Program-made: the position numbers and the translations under genes
Shown: positions 38,611 to 48,812 of the stretch, one piece after another
Layout: every line of letters starts with the position of its first letter
How positions within the stretch are numbered: position 1 is the stretch's first letter
Source: an uncultured Verrucomicrobiota bacterium
GTDB lineage: Bacteria; Verrucomicrobiota; Verrucomicrobiia; CAZIPW01
NCBI GenBank assembly: GCA_964541675.1
Contig: CAZIPW010000008.1
Location: 1,925 to 65,924 of the forward strand
DNA length: 64,000 bases
Reading direction: 5' to 3'
Notes under the pieces: generated by a model
Told to the model about the DNA's origin: nothing
Seen by the model: only the letters and a program-made list of their open reading frames with translations
The model's database searches: none

Positions 38611-39930
38611 TCAAACGGATCTCTTCAGTACCCCGTCGATCTCTCTTATAAGTCCCCGGGGATCGATGGGCTTGGTGATGAGACGCGTGATGCCCATATT
38701 GGCGACTCGCACCATCTCCGGCAGCTGTATATCGCCGGTAATGATAAAGATGGGCACGTCCTGGGAGAGCGTTCTTGCCTGGGAGACAAAATCAATACCA
38801 TCGATGCCAGGCATACGGAAATCCGTAAGGATCAACGAGAATTTTTCCTTTTTGAGCGTCTGCAGCGCCTCAGCAGGGCTGGTCATCATAAGCGCCTTGT
38901 ATCCGGCGACGTCCAGAAGATCTACTATCATTTGCGCGTGCGGCGCCTCGTCGTCAACAACCAGGATTCTCCCGGCAGAAGGGGAGGGTGCCTCTCTGGG
39001 TGCCGCCGTGAGACCTCTTCTGGCGGAGCTGTCAGCCCGCGGCAGACGCAGTTCCACGTTTCCCATAAAGATATACATCTCATCGTCGATGGCACCGCTC
39101 TCATAGAGTTCATCCAGCTCCTTTTCTAGGCAAAAAATAAAACGTACCGGCGGGCTCTTGTCAAAAGGAGAGTCGTGCCTGGCGATTTTAAAAAGCACGT
39201 CTTTTATCTCGCCGGTGATGTCCTTGACGTTGCGGATGAAGAAAGTGGCGGTCTTTTTGTCCTCCAGCAGTTTTCTGACCAGCGTGGTCGCCTCGGCACC
39301 ATCCACTGTCTTGCCGCTTTCCGGAGAGGGAGGGAATTTCAAGAGACAGTCCTCTGCCGCGGCCCGCCTGATCAGCTCTTCAGCCACAGCCGAGAATGCC
39401 CCGCTGCCATCGCCTATCAGAAGCAGGACTCCCTTGAATGAGGCAAGCGACTGGATTTTCTTCAGGAACAGTTCTTTTGTAAGCGGGCTGGTAAAGGGTG
39501 TCCGCGTGAGGCCTCTCATTTCGGTGGCAGGAGATGCCTGGACGACGATTCCCGAGGAAATGACCTTCCCCTGGAAGATCTCCTCTATGCGTTTGAGGAG
39601 CGCGAAGATGTTGAGCGGCTTGAAGAAAATGCCCGAAACGCCCTGATTGATGAGACTTGGCGTGATGGTGGGATTCAGGTATCCGGATATGATGATGACC
39701 GGAATCTTGCTTTTGATCCGGATTTTCCGCAGTAATTCGGCTCCGGTTATGCCTTCCATCTGCTGGTCTATGATCGCCAGATCAAAGCTTCCCGCATCCA
39801 ACGCGACGGACCCCGCCGCCGGATCGACATACGCTTTCACATGGTAGTCGCCTTGTGAGAGGACTTCCGTCAACAGGTTGGCAAAAGCGTTGTCGTCATC
39901 GATGATGACAATATTGCGAGGGGTTCCCAC
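38611..39930 (-). CDS. Response regulator with two receiver domains
   Basis: N-terminal IVIIDDDN...LAIIDQQMEGITG and C-terminal RILVVDDEAP...LILTDFRMPGIDG. Confidence 0.75.
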   Translation of the reverse strand: MGTPRNIVIIDDDNAFANLLTEVLSQGDYHVKAYVDPAAGSVALDAGSFDLAIIDQQMEGITGAELLRKIRIKSKIPVIIISGYLNPTITPSLINQGVSGIFFKPLNIFALLKRIEEIFQGKVISSGIVVQASPATEMRGLTRTPFTSPLTKELFLKKIQSLASFKGVLLLIGDGSGAFSAVAEELIRRAAAEDCLLKFPPSPESGKTVDGAEATTLVRKLLEDKKTATFFIRNVKDITGEIKDVLFKIARHDSPFDKSPPVRFIFCLEKELDELYESGAIDDEMYIFMGNVELRLPRADSSARRGLTAAPREAPSPSAGRILVVDDEAPHAQMIVDLLDVAGYKALMMTSPAEALQTLKKEKFSLILTDFRMPGIDGIDFVSQARTLSQDVPIFIITGDIQLPEMVRVANMGITRLITKPIDPRGLIREIDGVLKRSV

Positions 39931-39945
39931 AACCGTATTAACGGA

Positions 39946-40581
39946 CTATTCCCATGTCAGCCTAAGCGTGGAGTTCTCAACGCTTAGCGAATGAAGTTGT
40001 CGCCAACCTTTTACAAGGCCGGCTGCCGATGGATCCTCAAAAGTCTTGTGCAGGATGATTGAACAGAGCGGTTCGGACACAAAGTCGGGAATCGGCAGGG
40101 CTCCAAGATACGAGCGGCGCGGTGAGAAATAAAAGCCATCGGGTCCCTTGTTGAAGGCCCCCGCGAACTGCAGGCAGAGGGGGTTCCCCAAGAGCTTGTT
40201 GTGCAGGATGAATCCCAGATGCAGCCTGCTGCCCGCCATCCGCACATTGCCCGCCAGATATGTGTCTTTCTTCGCGTCCACGTGAAAGCATTCCTGGATG
40301 AACATATTTATGTCGCCTTCCGTGAGTGTGATCTTGGGTCTGGACTGCCGGGCCATATCGGATATCTTTTGGCGCCAGTAATCGCTCCCTGCATAGTTGC
40401 CCTGCACGTAAAATTTCCTGCCGTCGGGAGGATTGCGGGGCAGAGTGTCGACGATCTCGACCTTCTGCAGAATCAGCTCGCAGCAGCCGAGTATTGCCCC
40501 CACGAAGAGTGCCGTTGTGGAGGCAAAGAAGACGCCCCAGGCCGATCCTATCCAGTTGGGTATAATCCGTGTTTTTTTCAT
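39946..40581 (-). CDS. Hypothetical membrane-anchored protein
   Basis: Internal start MKKTRIIPNWIGSAWGVFFASTTALFVGAILG (TM helix). Overlaps the upstream gene in ATGA fashion. Confidence 0.45.
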   Translation of the reverse strand: MKKTRIIPNWIGSAWGVFFASTTALFVGAILGCCELILQKVEIVDTLPRNPPDGRKFYVQGNYAGSDYWRQKISDMARQSRPKITLTEGDINMFIQECFHVDAKKDTYLAGNVRMAGSRLHLGFILHNKLLGNPLCLQFAGAFNKGPDGFYFSPRRSYLGALPIPDFVSEPLCSIILHKTFEDPSAAGLVKGWRQLHSLSVENSTLRLTWE

Positions 40582-41174
40582 AAGTCTTTCGATGGACGCG
40601 GTGCCAGAATGCTGGTGCGCGGATCCAGCTTGAGGGTTGTAATCAGAATGCAGCTTCCGACAAAGAATGAAAGCCCATATAGTGGCAGTCCCAAAACCGC
40701 AACGAGCCCCCAACAGCCGATGGCGGGCCAGGCCCAAATATGCTTGAGCTTCCACCAGTCAACCAGGACGTCCTCAAACTCCAGCCCCAGAAAGAACCTT
40801 TCCGGATCGTCAGGTACCGACATAAGCGCGATGGCGGTGAGGCTCAGCGAGGCAATCCAGGCGAGTCCCCAGGGAATCGGAGAAAGGAGCTCCAGGTGGA
40901 TCTGCCGGAAAAGATTGTCGGTACCGTATGCCATCATCATGGGGACCAGGAAATAAAACGCGCCGAGAGGCAGCGCGGAGAAGGTGGCGCGCAGGAACCG
41001 CTTTTTATTCAAGGGAAAAGTTGGCAGCTCGGCATAGTCCTTGGCGCTTTTGGCCAGTTGCCTGAGGTAGCCAAAGCCAAGCAGGATATAACACAGTAGG
41101 GCGCCGATAATGACGCGCTTCCATGACTTGTTCCTGAAAAAGAGCTCTTGGATGATGCTTTCAAGGCTGACCAT
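40578..41174 (-). CDS. Hypothetical polytopic membrane protein
   Basis: Several hydrophobic helices. No motif recognised. Confidence 0.45.
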   Translation of the reverse strand: MVSLESIIQELFFRNKSWKRVIIGALLCYILLGFGYLRQLAKSAKDYAELPTFPLNKKRFLRATFSALPLGAFYFLVPMMMAYGTDNLFRQIHLELLSPIPWGLAWIASLSLTAIALMSVPDDPERFFLGLEFEDVLVDWWKLKHIWAWPAIGCWGLVAVLGLPLYGLSFFVGSCILITTLKLDPRTSILAPRPSKDL

Positions 41175-41239
41175 GCCTCTGATTTTCTTCCATATGGGCT
41201 TTCACGTCAACGCACATTGCTTAAAAAAGTGGGGGGCTG

Positions 41240-41398
41240 TGCTCCCTATCGTCTAGAGGGCTGCCACCACCCAACCCTCCTTCAAGGAGGGAAATTACCG
41301 GCTCCGCCCTTACCGCCGTTACGCGGCTACATCAGGTAGGCCTCTTGATAATTAAGTCTTGAGTGCTAATGGGATTTTCAGTAGAGTTAAAGCTCTTT
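41240..41398 (+). repeat. Tandem repeat unit 1: tRNA-Glu 5' segment + unique spacer + promoter-like leader
   Basis: It begins GCTCCCTATCGTCTAGAGG, which is identical to tRNA-Glu nt 2-20. It ends with TTGATA-16nt-TAATGG and a leader identical to the sequence preceding the real tRNA. Confidence 0.8.
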
Positions 41399-41558
41399 GG
41401 CTCCCTATCGTCTAGAGGGCTGCCACCACCCAACCCTCCTTCAAGGAGGGGAATTACCGGCTCCGCCTTTACCGCCGTTACGCGGCTACATCAGGTAGGC
41501 CTCTTGATAATTAAGTCTTGAGTGCTAATGGGATTTTCAGTAGAGTTAAAGCTCTTTG
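41399..41558 (+). repeat. Tandem repeat unit 2 (2 mismatches vs unit 1)
   Basis: Same composition as unit 1. It is immediately followed by the intact tRNA-Glu. Confidence 0.8.
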
Positions 41559-41559
41559 G

Positions 41560-41632
41560 CTCCCTATCGTCTAGAGGCCTAGGACACAAGATTCTCATTC
41601 TTGGAACACGGGTTCGAATCCCGTTGGGGGGA
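41560..41632 (+). tRNA. tRNA-Glu (anticodon CTC), unusual C1-G72 start and two G-U pairs in acceptor stem
   Basis: CTCCCTATCGTCTAGAGGCCTAGGACACAAGATTCTCATTCTTGGAACACGGGTTCGAATCCCGTTGGGGGGA. The D-arm and T-arm are tRNA-Glu-like, and the anticodon loop is TTCTCAT. Confidence 0.75.
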
Positions 41633-41678
41633 AGCGCCGGCCACAAATTTACCTCTTTCCTGCTACCGAGGGATTATG

Positions 41679-43124
41679 TTATCCGTTCACAAGGGACTGC
41701 AAATCCTTGACTGTCGATTTCAAAAGCTCGGCCTGCGAGTTTAATTCTTCTGCCGCTGCCGCACTTTCCTCGGCACCGCTGGCATTGGCTTGTGTCACCT
41801 TTTCCATCTCGCTAACCGCTTTGCTAATCTGACCAATGCCCTGGCTCTGTTCCTCGCTGGCGGCGGCAATCTGCGCCACCTGTTCATCCACTTGATGTAC
41901 CTTCGAGACAATTTCGTTGAGCCGGTTGGCGACCTCCTGTGACTCTGTGACAACGTTATTCACCGCCTGTAATACCTCTTGATTAGCCAGAACTCCCGCC
42001 TCACTGCGTCCAATGGCGGTTTCAATCATGCCGGCTGTCTCTTTGGCCGCCTTGGCGGAACGCTGGGCGAGATTGCGCACCTCATCGGCCACCACGGCAA
42101 AGCCTGCCCCTGCCTCTCCGGCTCTGGCCGCTTCCACGGCGGCATTCAGGGCTAGCAGATTGGTTTGGAAGGCAATCTCGTCGATTGTCTTGATAATATT
42201 TGAGATGTCCTTGCTGGCGGATTTGATGGCATCCATGGCCGCGCCCATCTTTTTGCTGGCGCCTTTGATTCCATCGATCGATTGATTCATCCGCTGCGTG
42301 CTCTCGGCACCCTGTTCGGCGGCCTGGCGGGTCTGCACGGTAAATTCCTTGGTTGATTGGACTGTTTGCGCATTATGGTCTGTAGTACTGCTTATCTCGG
42401 TGAGAGTGGCGCTTGTCTCCTCGATGCTGGCGGCCTGTTCACTGGCACCCTCAGCCAGAGATTGGCTGCTGGCCGATACCTGATTGGCCGCGCTGGAAAC
42501 TTGGTTTGCTCCCTCATTCAGCTTCTTGGCCACTGACAGGACTTTACTGACCACCAGTTTTTGTATGACAATCAGATACACAATTATTCCGACAACAAGG
42601 CATCCGATCGCTGCCGCCGCAATGACGAGAATAGTGAGCCACACGGTCTTTTGGATGGGTGCCAACGAATAGCCAATCCGCAGGTAGCCCAAGGTATCCT
42701 TTCCCTGGAGAATGGGTGTGACTGCCTCGAGATTGCCGTTGGGCATCTTATTAAGCTGTGTTGCCTGGGTTCCTATTATCTGTTTTTCGTATTCGGTGGC
42801 ATTGAGCGTTTTATTGAGCTGTGCTTCATCTGTGGAGGCCACGCAACGTCCTGCCTTGTCCAATACAAGCGCGTAGGAAACCTCACTGTCGGTGGCTTTA
42901 AGTGCGGTGACCGTTTTTTTGATGCCATCCAGTTCCCCCATCATTAGCGAATCGCCAAAGGTGGGGCCTACATTGTTTACGACAATGGCAGCCTTGTTCT
43001 TTTGGCTTTCAACGAGCCGGGCGTTGAGATTGATCGCTGCCACCCCCAAGATCAAAGCTATGGCAACCAGCATGATGCCAGCAAAGTTGGAAAGAATGGT
43101 CCGCTGGATGTTTTTATTGGACAT
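41679..43124 (-). CDS. Methyl-accepting chemotaxis protein
   Basis: N-terminal TM, periplasmic region, second TM, HAMP, then the highly conserved MCP signalling domain (...[32 protein letters not shown]...). Confidence 0.85.
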   Translation of the reverse strand: MSNKNIQRTILSNFAGIMLVAIALILGVAAINLNARLVESQKNKAAIVVNNVGPTFGDSLMMGELDGIKKTVTALKATDSEVSYALVLDKAGRCVASTDEAQLNKTLNATEYEKQIIGTQATQLNKMPNGNLEAVTPILQGKDTLGYLRIGYSLAPIQKTVWLTILVIAAAAIGCLVVGIIVYLIVIQKLVVSKVLSVAKKLNEGANQVSSAANQVSASSQSLAEGASEQAASIEETSATLTEISSTTDHNAQTVQSTKEFTVQTRQAAEQGAESTQRMNQSIDGIKGASKKMGAAMDAIKSASKDISNIIKTIDEIAFQTNLLALNAAVEAARAGEAGAGFAVVADEVRNLAQRSAKAAKETAGMIETAIGRSEAGVLANQEVLQAVNNVVTESQEVANRLNEIVSKVHQVDEQVAQIAAASEEQSQGIGQISKAVSEMEKVTQANASGAEESAAAAEELNSQAELLKSTVKDLQSLVNG

Positions 43125-43164
43125 GGAAGACAGGTCTTGCGGGTGACAGGATGGATATCCGCGA

Positions 43165-44364
43165 TTAATGTTTATAGGCAGCCCAGTCGGTCACAATCTC
43201 GTAGCTGCCGTTTTTGATCTGCGTAATGAATACCTCATTGAGCCCCTCGTGATTTTCTGCGCTGTAGGATAGGTTGAGGCCGATGCTTTCCTTGCCTGAA
43301 GAGATCGAATCTATTCCCTTGATGAAGCCATCCACGGTCAGATCCTTGCCCGCGCGCTTTAGTCCTTCCACAAGCACCTTGGCATTTGCGTAGGCCTCAA
43401 AGCCGGGGAAACTCGGTGCCGCGTCGGGGGCAAACTTCTTCAGGGCAGAGACGTATTCTGCCGCGATCGAGATCGAACTGTCTGTGTAGGGAGGCATGAC
43501 CTGGGTCACAAAAACATTGCCCGAATCACTTCCAAGCTCCTTGGCGAGTGCTTCCGGGCCGACAAATGAAACCGTGTGGAACAGTGTGTTGTTCAAACCC
43601 GCGGACTTGGCGGCCTTTACAAACTTTGACAGGGGAGCATAGGTGCCTGCCATTATGATGGCATCGGGGCTTGCGGCTTTCACGGCTTCCAGACCCTTGT
43701 CAATGTCCACCGTGCTGCGTTCGTAGCTGCCATAGGCTACCGGGGTAATACCAAGCTTCTGCAAGGCATCTTCTGTGGCCGTCTTTACAGCTTCACCAAA
43801 GGCATCGTTTTGATAGAAAATGGCGATCTTTTTGGCCCCCGCTTTGTTCACGAAAGCGTCTACAATGGCCTCGGCCTCCTTTGCGTATGAAGCGCGAACG
43901 TGGATGTTATAGGGAGAGAAAGGTTTTCTTAAAGTGCCCGTGCCGGTATAAAATCCAACGACAGGCACCTGTTTGCCCTGCCATACCTTCATGGCCTTGA
44001 CCGAGGTCGGGGTGCCCACATAATTGCAAAGCGCAAAGACTTTATCCTCGTCAATGAGCTTCATTGTGTTTTTGACGCACTCCACGGGGTCGTAGCTATC
44101 GTTGTAGGCAATGAGCTTTATTTGGCGGCCATTTACACCACCAGCGGTGTTGATCGCGCTGAAATAGGCGTCAAGGCCCTGTTTCGCCTCTGTGCCGACA
44201 ACAGAGAAGGAACCTTCAAGCGGTAACGATGATCCGATGAGAATCTCACTGTCAGAGACGCCTGTGGTGGCGTTGACGTGGCTGGCAAGGCACATTCCAA
44301 GAATGGTGCAGGCTAGAAGTGTTTTGGTGGTGACGTTCGTATGAAGCTGATTGCCTGTGTCCAT
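43165..44364 (-). CDS. Periplasmic substrate-binding protein (Leu/Ile/Val-binding, PBP type I family)
   Basis: Signal peptide plus the LivJ-like pattern ...[23 protein letters not shown]... Confidence 0.6.
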   Translation of the reverse strand: MDTGNQLHTNVTTKTLLACTILGMCLASHVNATTGVSDSEILIGSSLPLEGSFSVVGTEAKQGLDAYFSAINTAGGVNGRQIKLIAYNDSYDPVECVKNTMKLIDEDKVFALCNYVGTPTSVKAMKVWQGKQVPVVGFYTGTGTLRKPFSPYNIHVRASYAKEAEAIVDAFVNKAGAKKIAIFYQNDAFGEAVKTATEDALQKLGITPVAYGSYERSTVDIDKGLEAVKAASPDAIIMAGTYAPLSKFVKAAKSAGLNNTLFHTVSFVGPEALAKELGSDSGNVFVTQVMPPYTDSSISIAAEYVSALKKFAPDAAPSFPGFEAYANAKVLVEGLKRAGKDLTVDGFIKGIDSISSGKESIGLNLSYSAENHEGLNEVFITQIKNGSYEIVTDWAAYKH

Positions 44365-44524
44365 ACGGTAGTATGAGGGGATTATTAATGGCAACATTGG
44401 GCTGATGATCCTTCCTGCTAAGAATCAACCAACTCGGAACCAATGAACCGTGCTTCAAGAGTAGCTTTTGTAAATCCCAGCTCTATCTTTCTTTCCAGAA
44501 ATATGTCCACTAAGGGGGAAATGC

Positions 44525-44920
44525 TCATCGACGGTATTGTTCGTCTGTGACCTTCTCCATCCACTCAACCGCTCTGCCGTCGAGCTGCTCCTGGATGGCG
44601 ATATGCGTCATGGCTGTTGTGGGAGTTGCGCCGTGCCAATGCTTTTCGCCAGGGGCAAACCAAATGATGTCGCCGGGATGGATCTCCTCAATAGGACCGC
44701 CCAAACGCTGTGCCAGCCCGCAACCTGACAGCACAATCAGCGTTTGACCCAGGGGATGCGTGTGCCACGCTGTACGCGCACCCGGTTCAAAGGTAACCGT
44801 GGCGCTGGTTATGCGCGCCGGAGCTTCCGCCTGAAAAAGCGAATCGACACGCACTGTCCCCGTGAAATAGCTTTCAGGGCCTTTGGCGGATGGTTGCGAG
44901 CCACAACGGATAATTTTCAT
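44525..44920 (-). CDS. Cupin domain protein
   Basis: ...[25 protein letters not shown]... is a cupin motif. Confidence 0.7.
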   Translation of the reverse strand: MKIIRCGSQPSAKGPESYFTGTVRVDSLFQAEAPARITSATVTFEPGARTAWHTHPLGQTLIVLSGCGLAQRLGGPIEEIHPGDIIWFAPGEKHWHGATPTTAMTHIAIQEQLDGRAVEWMEKVTDEQYRR

Positions 44921-44924
44921 CAGT

Positions 44925-45119
44925 TTATTTGGCGGATTTGAGCGACGCCATGTCGATGACGAAGCGGTATTTCACATCGCTTTTGAGCATACGCTCGTAG
45001 GCCTCGTTGATGTATTGCATTTTGATCACCTCGACGTCGGAAGTAATCTTGTACCGAGAGTATGGGTAGTCATAAATTTCATGGACCTGTTTTGGAGCGA
45101 GTTCGCCACGCCAAATCAT
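44925..45119 (-). CDS. Small hypothetical protein (64 aa)
   Basis: ORF only, 4 bp upstream of the cupin gene. Confidence 0.25.
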   Translation of the reverse strand: MIWRGELAPKQVHEIYDYPYSRYKITSDVEVIKMQYINEAYERMLKSDVKYRFVIDMASLKSAK

Positions 45120-45399
45120 TGTTCGGCATTGTAGTTACTTGCTTTACAATGGCGAGCCTGTAGTGAAGGTGAAGCAAGCCCAAAGACTTTGTCTGTTGTA
45201 TATATGTCACGCGATTGCCGACTTCATGCTGTTTAGCCCAGCTTTTGGGTTGACTCTGGCGTATTTCTTTTCCTTGCATAAAGGGAAGAATAGTGTATGA
45301 TGACTCTACCAGGATAATATAAGGACTTCCGGCCGAATCGAGTGATGGATAGTGTACTGCCAGAGGGTTAGGTTCGATAAATCTCTTGGTATTACAACT

Positions 45400-45738
45400 A
45401 TGGCAAACAATAAAATATACGTGGGCAACCTCTCCTGGAGCACTTCCCAAGATGGATTAATGCAGTTCTTCTCCCAGTGGGGGAAGGTCACAGACAGCTT
45501 TGTGGCGGTGGACAAAATGTCCGGTCGCAGCAAGGGCTTTGGTTTTGTGACTTTCGCTACGGACGAGGAAGCCAGCAACGCCTGCAAAAACGCCAACGGC
45601 AAGGATCTCGATGGCCGTACCATCAAGGTGGACATTGCCACCCCGATGGAAGCCCGCCCAGCCGGCGGTGGTTTCGGCAACAACCGCAGCCGCAGTGGCG
45701 GCGGTGGACGTCGCGAAGGCGGCGGCGGCAGATACTAG
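45400..45738 (+). CDS. RRM-type RNA-binding protein with Gly/Arg-rich tail
   Basis: RNP2 KIYVGNL, RNP1 KGFGFVTF, and a C-terminal GGGFGNNRSRSGGGGRREGGGGRY. Confidence 0.85.
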   Translation: MANNKIYVGNLSWSTSQDGLMQFFSQWGKVTDSFVAVDKMSGRSKGFGFVTFATDEEASNACKNANGKDLDGRTIKVDIATPMEARPAGGGFGNNRSRSGGGGRREGGGGRY

Positions 45739-45765
45739 CATCAGCATAGCAAACGCTATTTCAAA

Positions 45766-45793
45766 GACCCCTTCCCGCAAAGAAGGGGTTTTC
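45766..45793 (+). terminator. Rho-independent terminator after RRM gene
   Basis: CCCCTTC-ccgcaaa-GAAGGGG followed by TTTT. Confidence 0.75.
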
Positions 45794-46215
45794 TATTATC
45801 TCCGCAAGAAATACCATCAGCATACAGTCTCCTGTCTTTAAGGGCGAGCGACCACTCCATTTGATACGGCGTTGAAATATTAATATTGCTTATTCAGCGA
45901 CATCGCACCGTAGCGTGACCTGCCTTCGTCCCACGTTGTGGGCCCACGGCGCAGTTATCCGCCTGCATCAGGGCTTCTTTAGAGACATGGTATTTTGACG
46001 CAGGCGGATAGGCATAGGTACGCAAAGATCCTTTTGGGACTCTCACAAACTAAAATTAAGAACTTTCTTGACCTTGCTCTCAGTTGCACATAAACTTTGC
46101 CTATATCATTTCGTAGGACTTTCTGCCGGGCCTGATCTTTCATAGGCTTGGTCTGTCTGCCCTGATCTCGATTTCCGAGAACCTCATCCGAGGGGCAAAT
46201 GCATAGACCAGCTTT

Positions 46216-47664
46216 ATGCCATATCCCAAAATTATCCAAGGAGGCATGGGCGCTGGCGTCTCCAACTGGAGATTGGCCAGGGCTGTTGCGCGGACGGGAG
46301 AACTGGGGGTTGTCTCCGGCACCGCGTTGGCGTGTATCCTGGCGCGACGGTTGCAGATGGGAGATACCGATGGCCAAATGCGCCATGCTCTGGAGCACTT
46401 TCCGATCCCTGGCCTGGCGAAACTTGTATTGGCCAAGCACTTTGTTCCAGGTGGCAAAGAGGCCGGCAAAGCGTTCAAGTCAGAGTCAATGCCCAGTTTG
46501 AGCCTCAGCCTGGAGCTCGTGGCATTGACGGTGTTGGCGAATTTTGCCGAGGTTTACCTGGCAAAGGAAGGCCACGATGGCCTGGTGGGCATCAATTATC
46601 TGGAAAAAATCCAGTTTCCGACCCTGCCGTCGATTTTTGGGGCCATGCTGGCGGGAGTGGACTATGTACTGATGGGTGCCGGAATACCGCGCGAGATCCC
46701 GGGCGTGCTTGATAGGCTGGCTGAAGGCAGACCCGTGAAGTTGAAGATTGATGTCACCGACGCCCTGCCGGGAGAGGAATTTCATTCTGAATTCTCCCCG
46801 GAGAAGTTTTGCGGCACTTCCGCGCCCAAGTTGAAACGTCCCATGTTCATCGGTATTGTCGGTTCGGCCACGCTGGCCATCACTCTTGCCCGCAAGTCCA
46901 GTGGCGCGGTGAATGGCTTTGTTGTCGAAGGGGAGACGGCAGGGGGGCACAACGCTCCTCCCCGCGGAATCCTCCAGCTCAATGAGAAAGGCGAGCCCAT
47001 CTATGGCCCGCGGGATGTTCCAGATCTGGCGAAGATCCGTGAGCTGGGACTGCCTTTCTGGCTGGCTGGCTCGTATGGCCAGCCCGGCAAACTTGATGAA
47101 GCCATACGGTTGGGCGCGACAGGCATTCAAGTGGGGACAGCCTTTGCGTTCTGTGAGGAATCCGGTATCCGTGAAGACATCAAGCAGCAAGTCATCCAAT
47201 TAAGCCGAGAGGGAAAGCTTAGTGTGCTTACCGATCCACTGGCGTCCCCGACGGGCTTCCCATTTAAGGTGGCTCAGCTGCCAGGTACGCTCTCTGATCC
47301 TTGCTGCAGCTGCAAACGTGTGCGTCTGTGCGACCTGGGTTATCTTCGTCATGCCTACCGGAAACCGGACGGGCAGATCGGCTATCGGTGTCCTTCCGAG
47401 CCCATTGAGGATTTTGTCCGCAAGGGTGGGCGGATCGGAGAAACCAAGGGTCGTCTATGCGTCTGCAATGGGCTACTGGCCAATATCGGACTGGCTCAGA
47501 CCCGCGTGGATGGTTGGACAGAGCTGCCGCTTATTACTGCCGGAAACGATCTCGTCAACGTGGCCCGCTTCCTGGCGCCAGGTCGTACCTCGTATTCCGC
47601 GGCGGAGGTGCTGGAACAACTGCAAGGCAGCAAGACCCTGCGATTGGTAGAGACCCACGGGTAA
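46216..47664 (+). CDS. Nitronate monooxygenase (2-nitropropane dioxygenase) family FMN oxidoreductase
   Basis: N-terminal IIQGGMGAGVSNWRLARAVARTGELGVVSGT fits the NMO family. Confidence 0.75.
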   Translation: MPYPKIIQGGMGAGVSNWRLARAVARTGELGVVSGTALACILARRLQMGDTDGQMRHALEHFPIPGLAKLVLAKHFVPGGKEAGKAFKSESMPSLSLSLELVALTVLANFAEVYLAKEGHDGLVGINYLEKIQFPTLPSIFGAMLAGVDYVLMGAGIPREIPGVLDRLAEGRPVKLKIDVTDALPGEEFHSEFSPEKFCGTSAPKLKRPMFIGIVGSATLAITLARKSSGAVNGFVVEGETAGGHNAPPRGILQLNEKGEPIYGPRDVPDLAKIRELGLPFWLAGSYGQPGKLDEAIRLGATGIQVGTAFAFCEESGIREDIKQQVIQLSREGKLSVLTDPLASPTGFPFKVAQLPGTLSDPCCSCKRVRLCDLGYLRHAYRKPDGQIGYRCPSEPIEDFVRKGGRIGETKGRLCVCNGLLANIGLAQTRVDGWTELPLITAGNDLVNVARFLAPGRTSYSAAEVLEQLQGSKTLRLVETHG

Positions 47665-47725
47665 CAAAGGGTTGCTGTCATCCATCACATCTTCTCCAAG
47701 AAGGCCTAAATCGGATGGGAATACA

Positions 47726-48262
47726 TTAATTGGCGGGAACCGGAGCGGCTTGTTGCTGGCTTTGCAGCTGTTGCAATTCCTGCTGTGCCCTGGCCTCGCG
47801 TTCGCGGTAGGCCTCGATCTCGCGGGCCTTTTCAGCGGCCTCTTCCTGCTGTTTTTTGAGAGCTGCCACCTGTGCCTCAAGCGCTTCCGCTCTTTGTCGG
47901 GCTGCCACGACTTCAGGAGAATCCACGGAATATCCATAGCTCATCAGCCTGGCTCTTTCGGCCTCGGCCTGTGCTCTCTCAGCCTCGGCCCTCTCGGCTG
48001 CCTGCTGGCGCTCGTAGGCGACCCGTTCGGCATTTTTTTGATCCTGGGCGTCTCCGATCGCGGCTCCGGCAAGGGCTCCAACTCCGGCGCCGATCAGGGC
48101 TCCTCCCGCGCCAAAGTGATTCTGACTGCCGATTGCGCCTCCAATGGCGGCTCCACCGAGACCGCCGACGGCGGCACCTTCCTCAGCGTTGGGGCCCATG
48201 CTCTCGCAACCGGTAAGCAGGGCCGCGGTTAACAAACTGACCGCTATAAATGATTTTTTCAT
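47726..48262 (-). CDS. Lipoprotein with glycine-zipper segment and Ala/Glu/Arg-rich coiled coil
   Basis: Lipobox LLTGC. The GAAIGGAIG...GALIGAGVGALAGAAIG glycine zipper is followed by AERAEAERAQAEAERA repeats. Confidence 0.55.
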   Translation of the reverse strand: MKKSFIAVSLLTAALLTGCESMGPNAEEGAAVGGLGGAAIGGAIGSQNHFGAGGALIGAGVGALAGAAIGDAQDQKNAERVAYERQQAAERAEAERAQAEAERARLMSYGYSVDSPEVVAARQRAEALEAQVAALKKQQEEAAEKAREIEAYREREARAQQELQQLQSQQQAAPVPAN

Positions 48263-48401
48263 ATGCTGTTATTCCTACGACGCTGACTCTAGAAACCTCG
48301 GCTTTACTTTTCAAGCTGAAAAAATATAATACCTGCTTGAATTCGTGGTTTCTATCTTCCTGCGTTCGTAGGTAGTACACCGCCACCGCGCCGCCTTACC
48401 A

Positions 48402-48812
48402 TTGGTTATGCAAATCAATCCCTACAACTTTAAAGATTATCTGGCCAGGCCTTCGGCCCAACCCAACGTGGGCGCGTGGGCTATCTTCTCCGTTATGGTG
48501 GCCTTCCTGTGTTTCTGGACTGTGCCTTATATGGCCCCGTCGGGTATATCACTCGATCTGCCGCGCGTAACGGCCCATTTTTCACTCAAGAATCCTCCTT
48601 CGGCTTTTGTTCTGTACACGTCCAATGGCTATATATACCAGAACCGCCTGTACAAATACTCCGATCTTGTAAACGCGCTTTCGGACATCAAGAACAGGCA
48701 GAGCCTCATGATTGCGACATCTTCCACCGTTTCCATGCAGGATATCCTGCCGTTTATAACGGAGGCTTCCCAACTGGGGTTCAAAGAGGTGGATTTCACC
48801 GTCAGACCATGA
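48402..48812 (+). CDS. ExbD/TolR-like small membrane-anchored protein (tentative)
   Basis: A single N-terminal TM helix followed by a ~90-aa domain. The size and topology resemble ExbD. Weak assignment. Confidence 0.4.
   Translation: MVMQINPYNFKDYLARPSAQPNVGAWAIFSVMVAFLCFWTVPYMAPSGISLDLPRVTAHFSLKNPPSAFVLYTSNGYIYQNRLYKYSDLVNALSDIKNRQSLMIATSSTVSMQDILPFITEASQLGFKEVDFTVRP

Noticed and set aside
41240-41632. Possible CRISPR array (regular direct repeats)
   Set aside because: The repeat period is about 160 bp with no unique spacers of CRISPR size. The units contain a tRNA 5' fragment and a promoter. This is not a CRISPR.
44925-45119. Possible 4-oxalocrotonate tautomerase-like small protein
   Set aside because: It lacks the obligatory N-terminal Pro-1 (the sequence starts MIWRG). 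The length match alone is insufficient. Kept only as a low-confidence hypothetical ORF.
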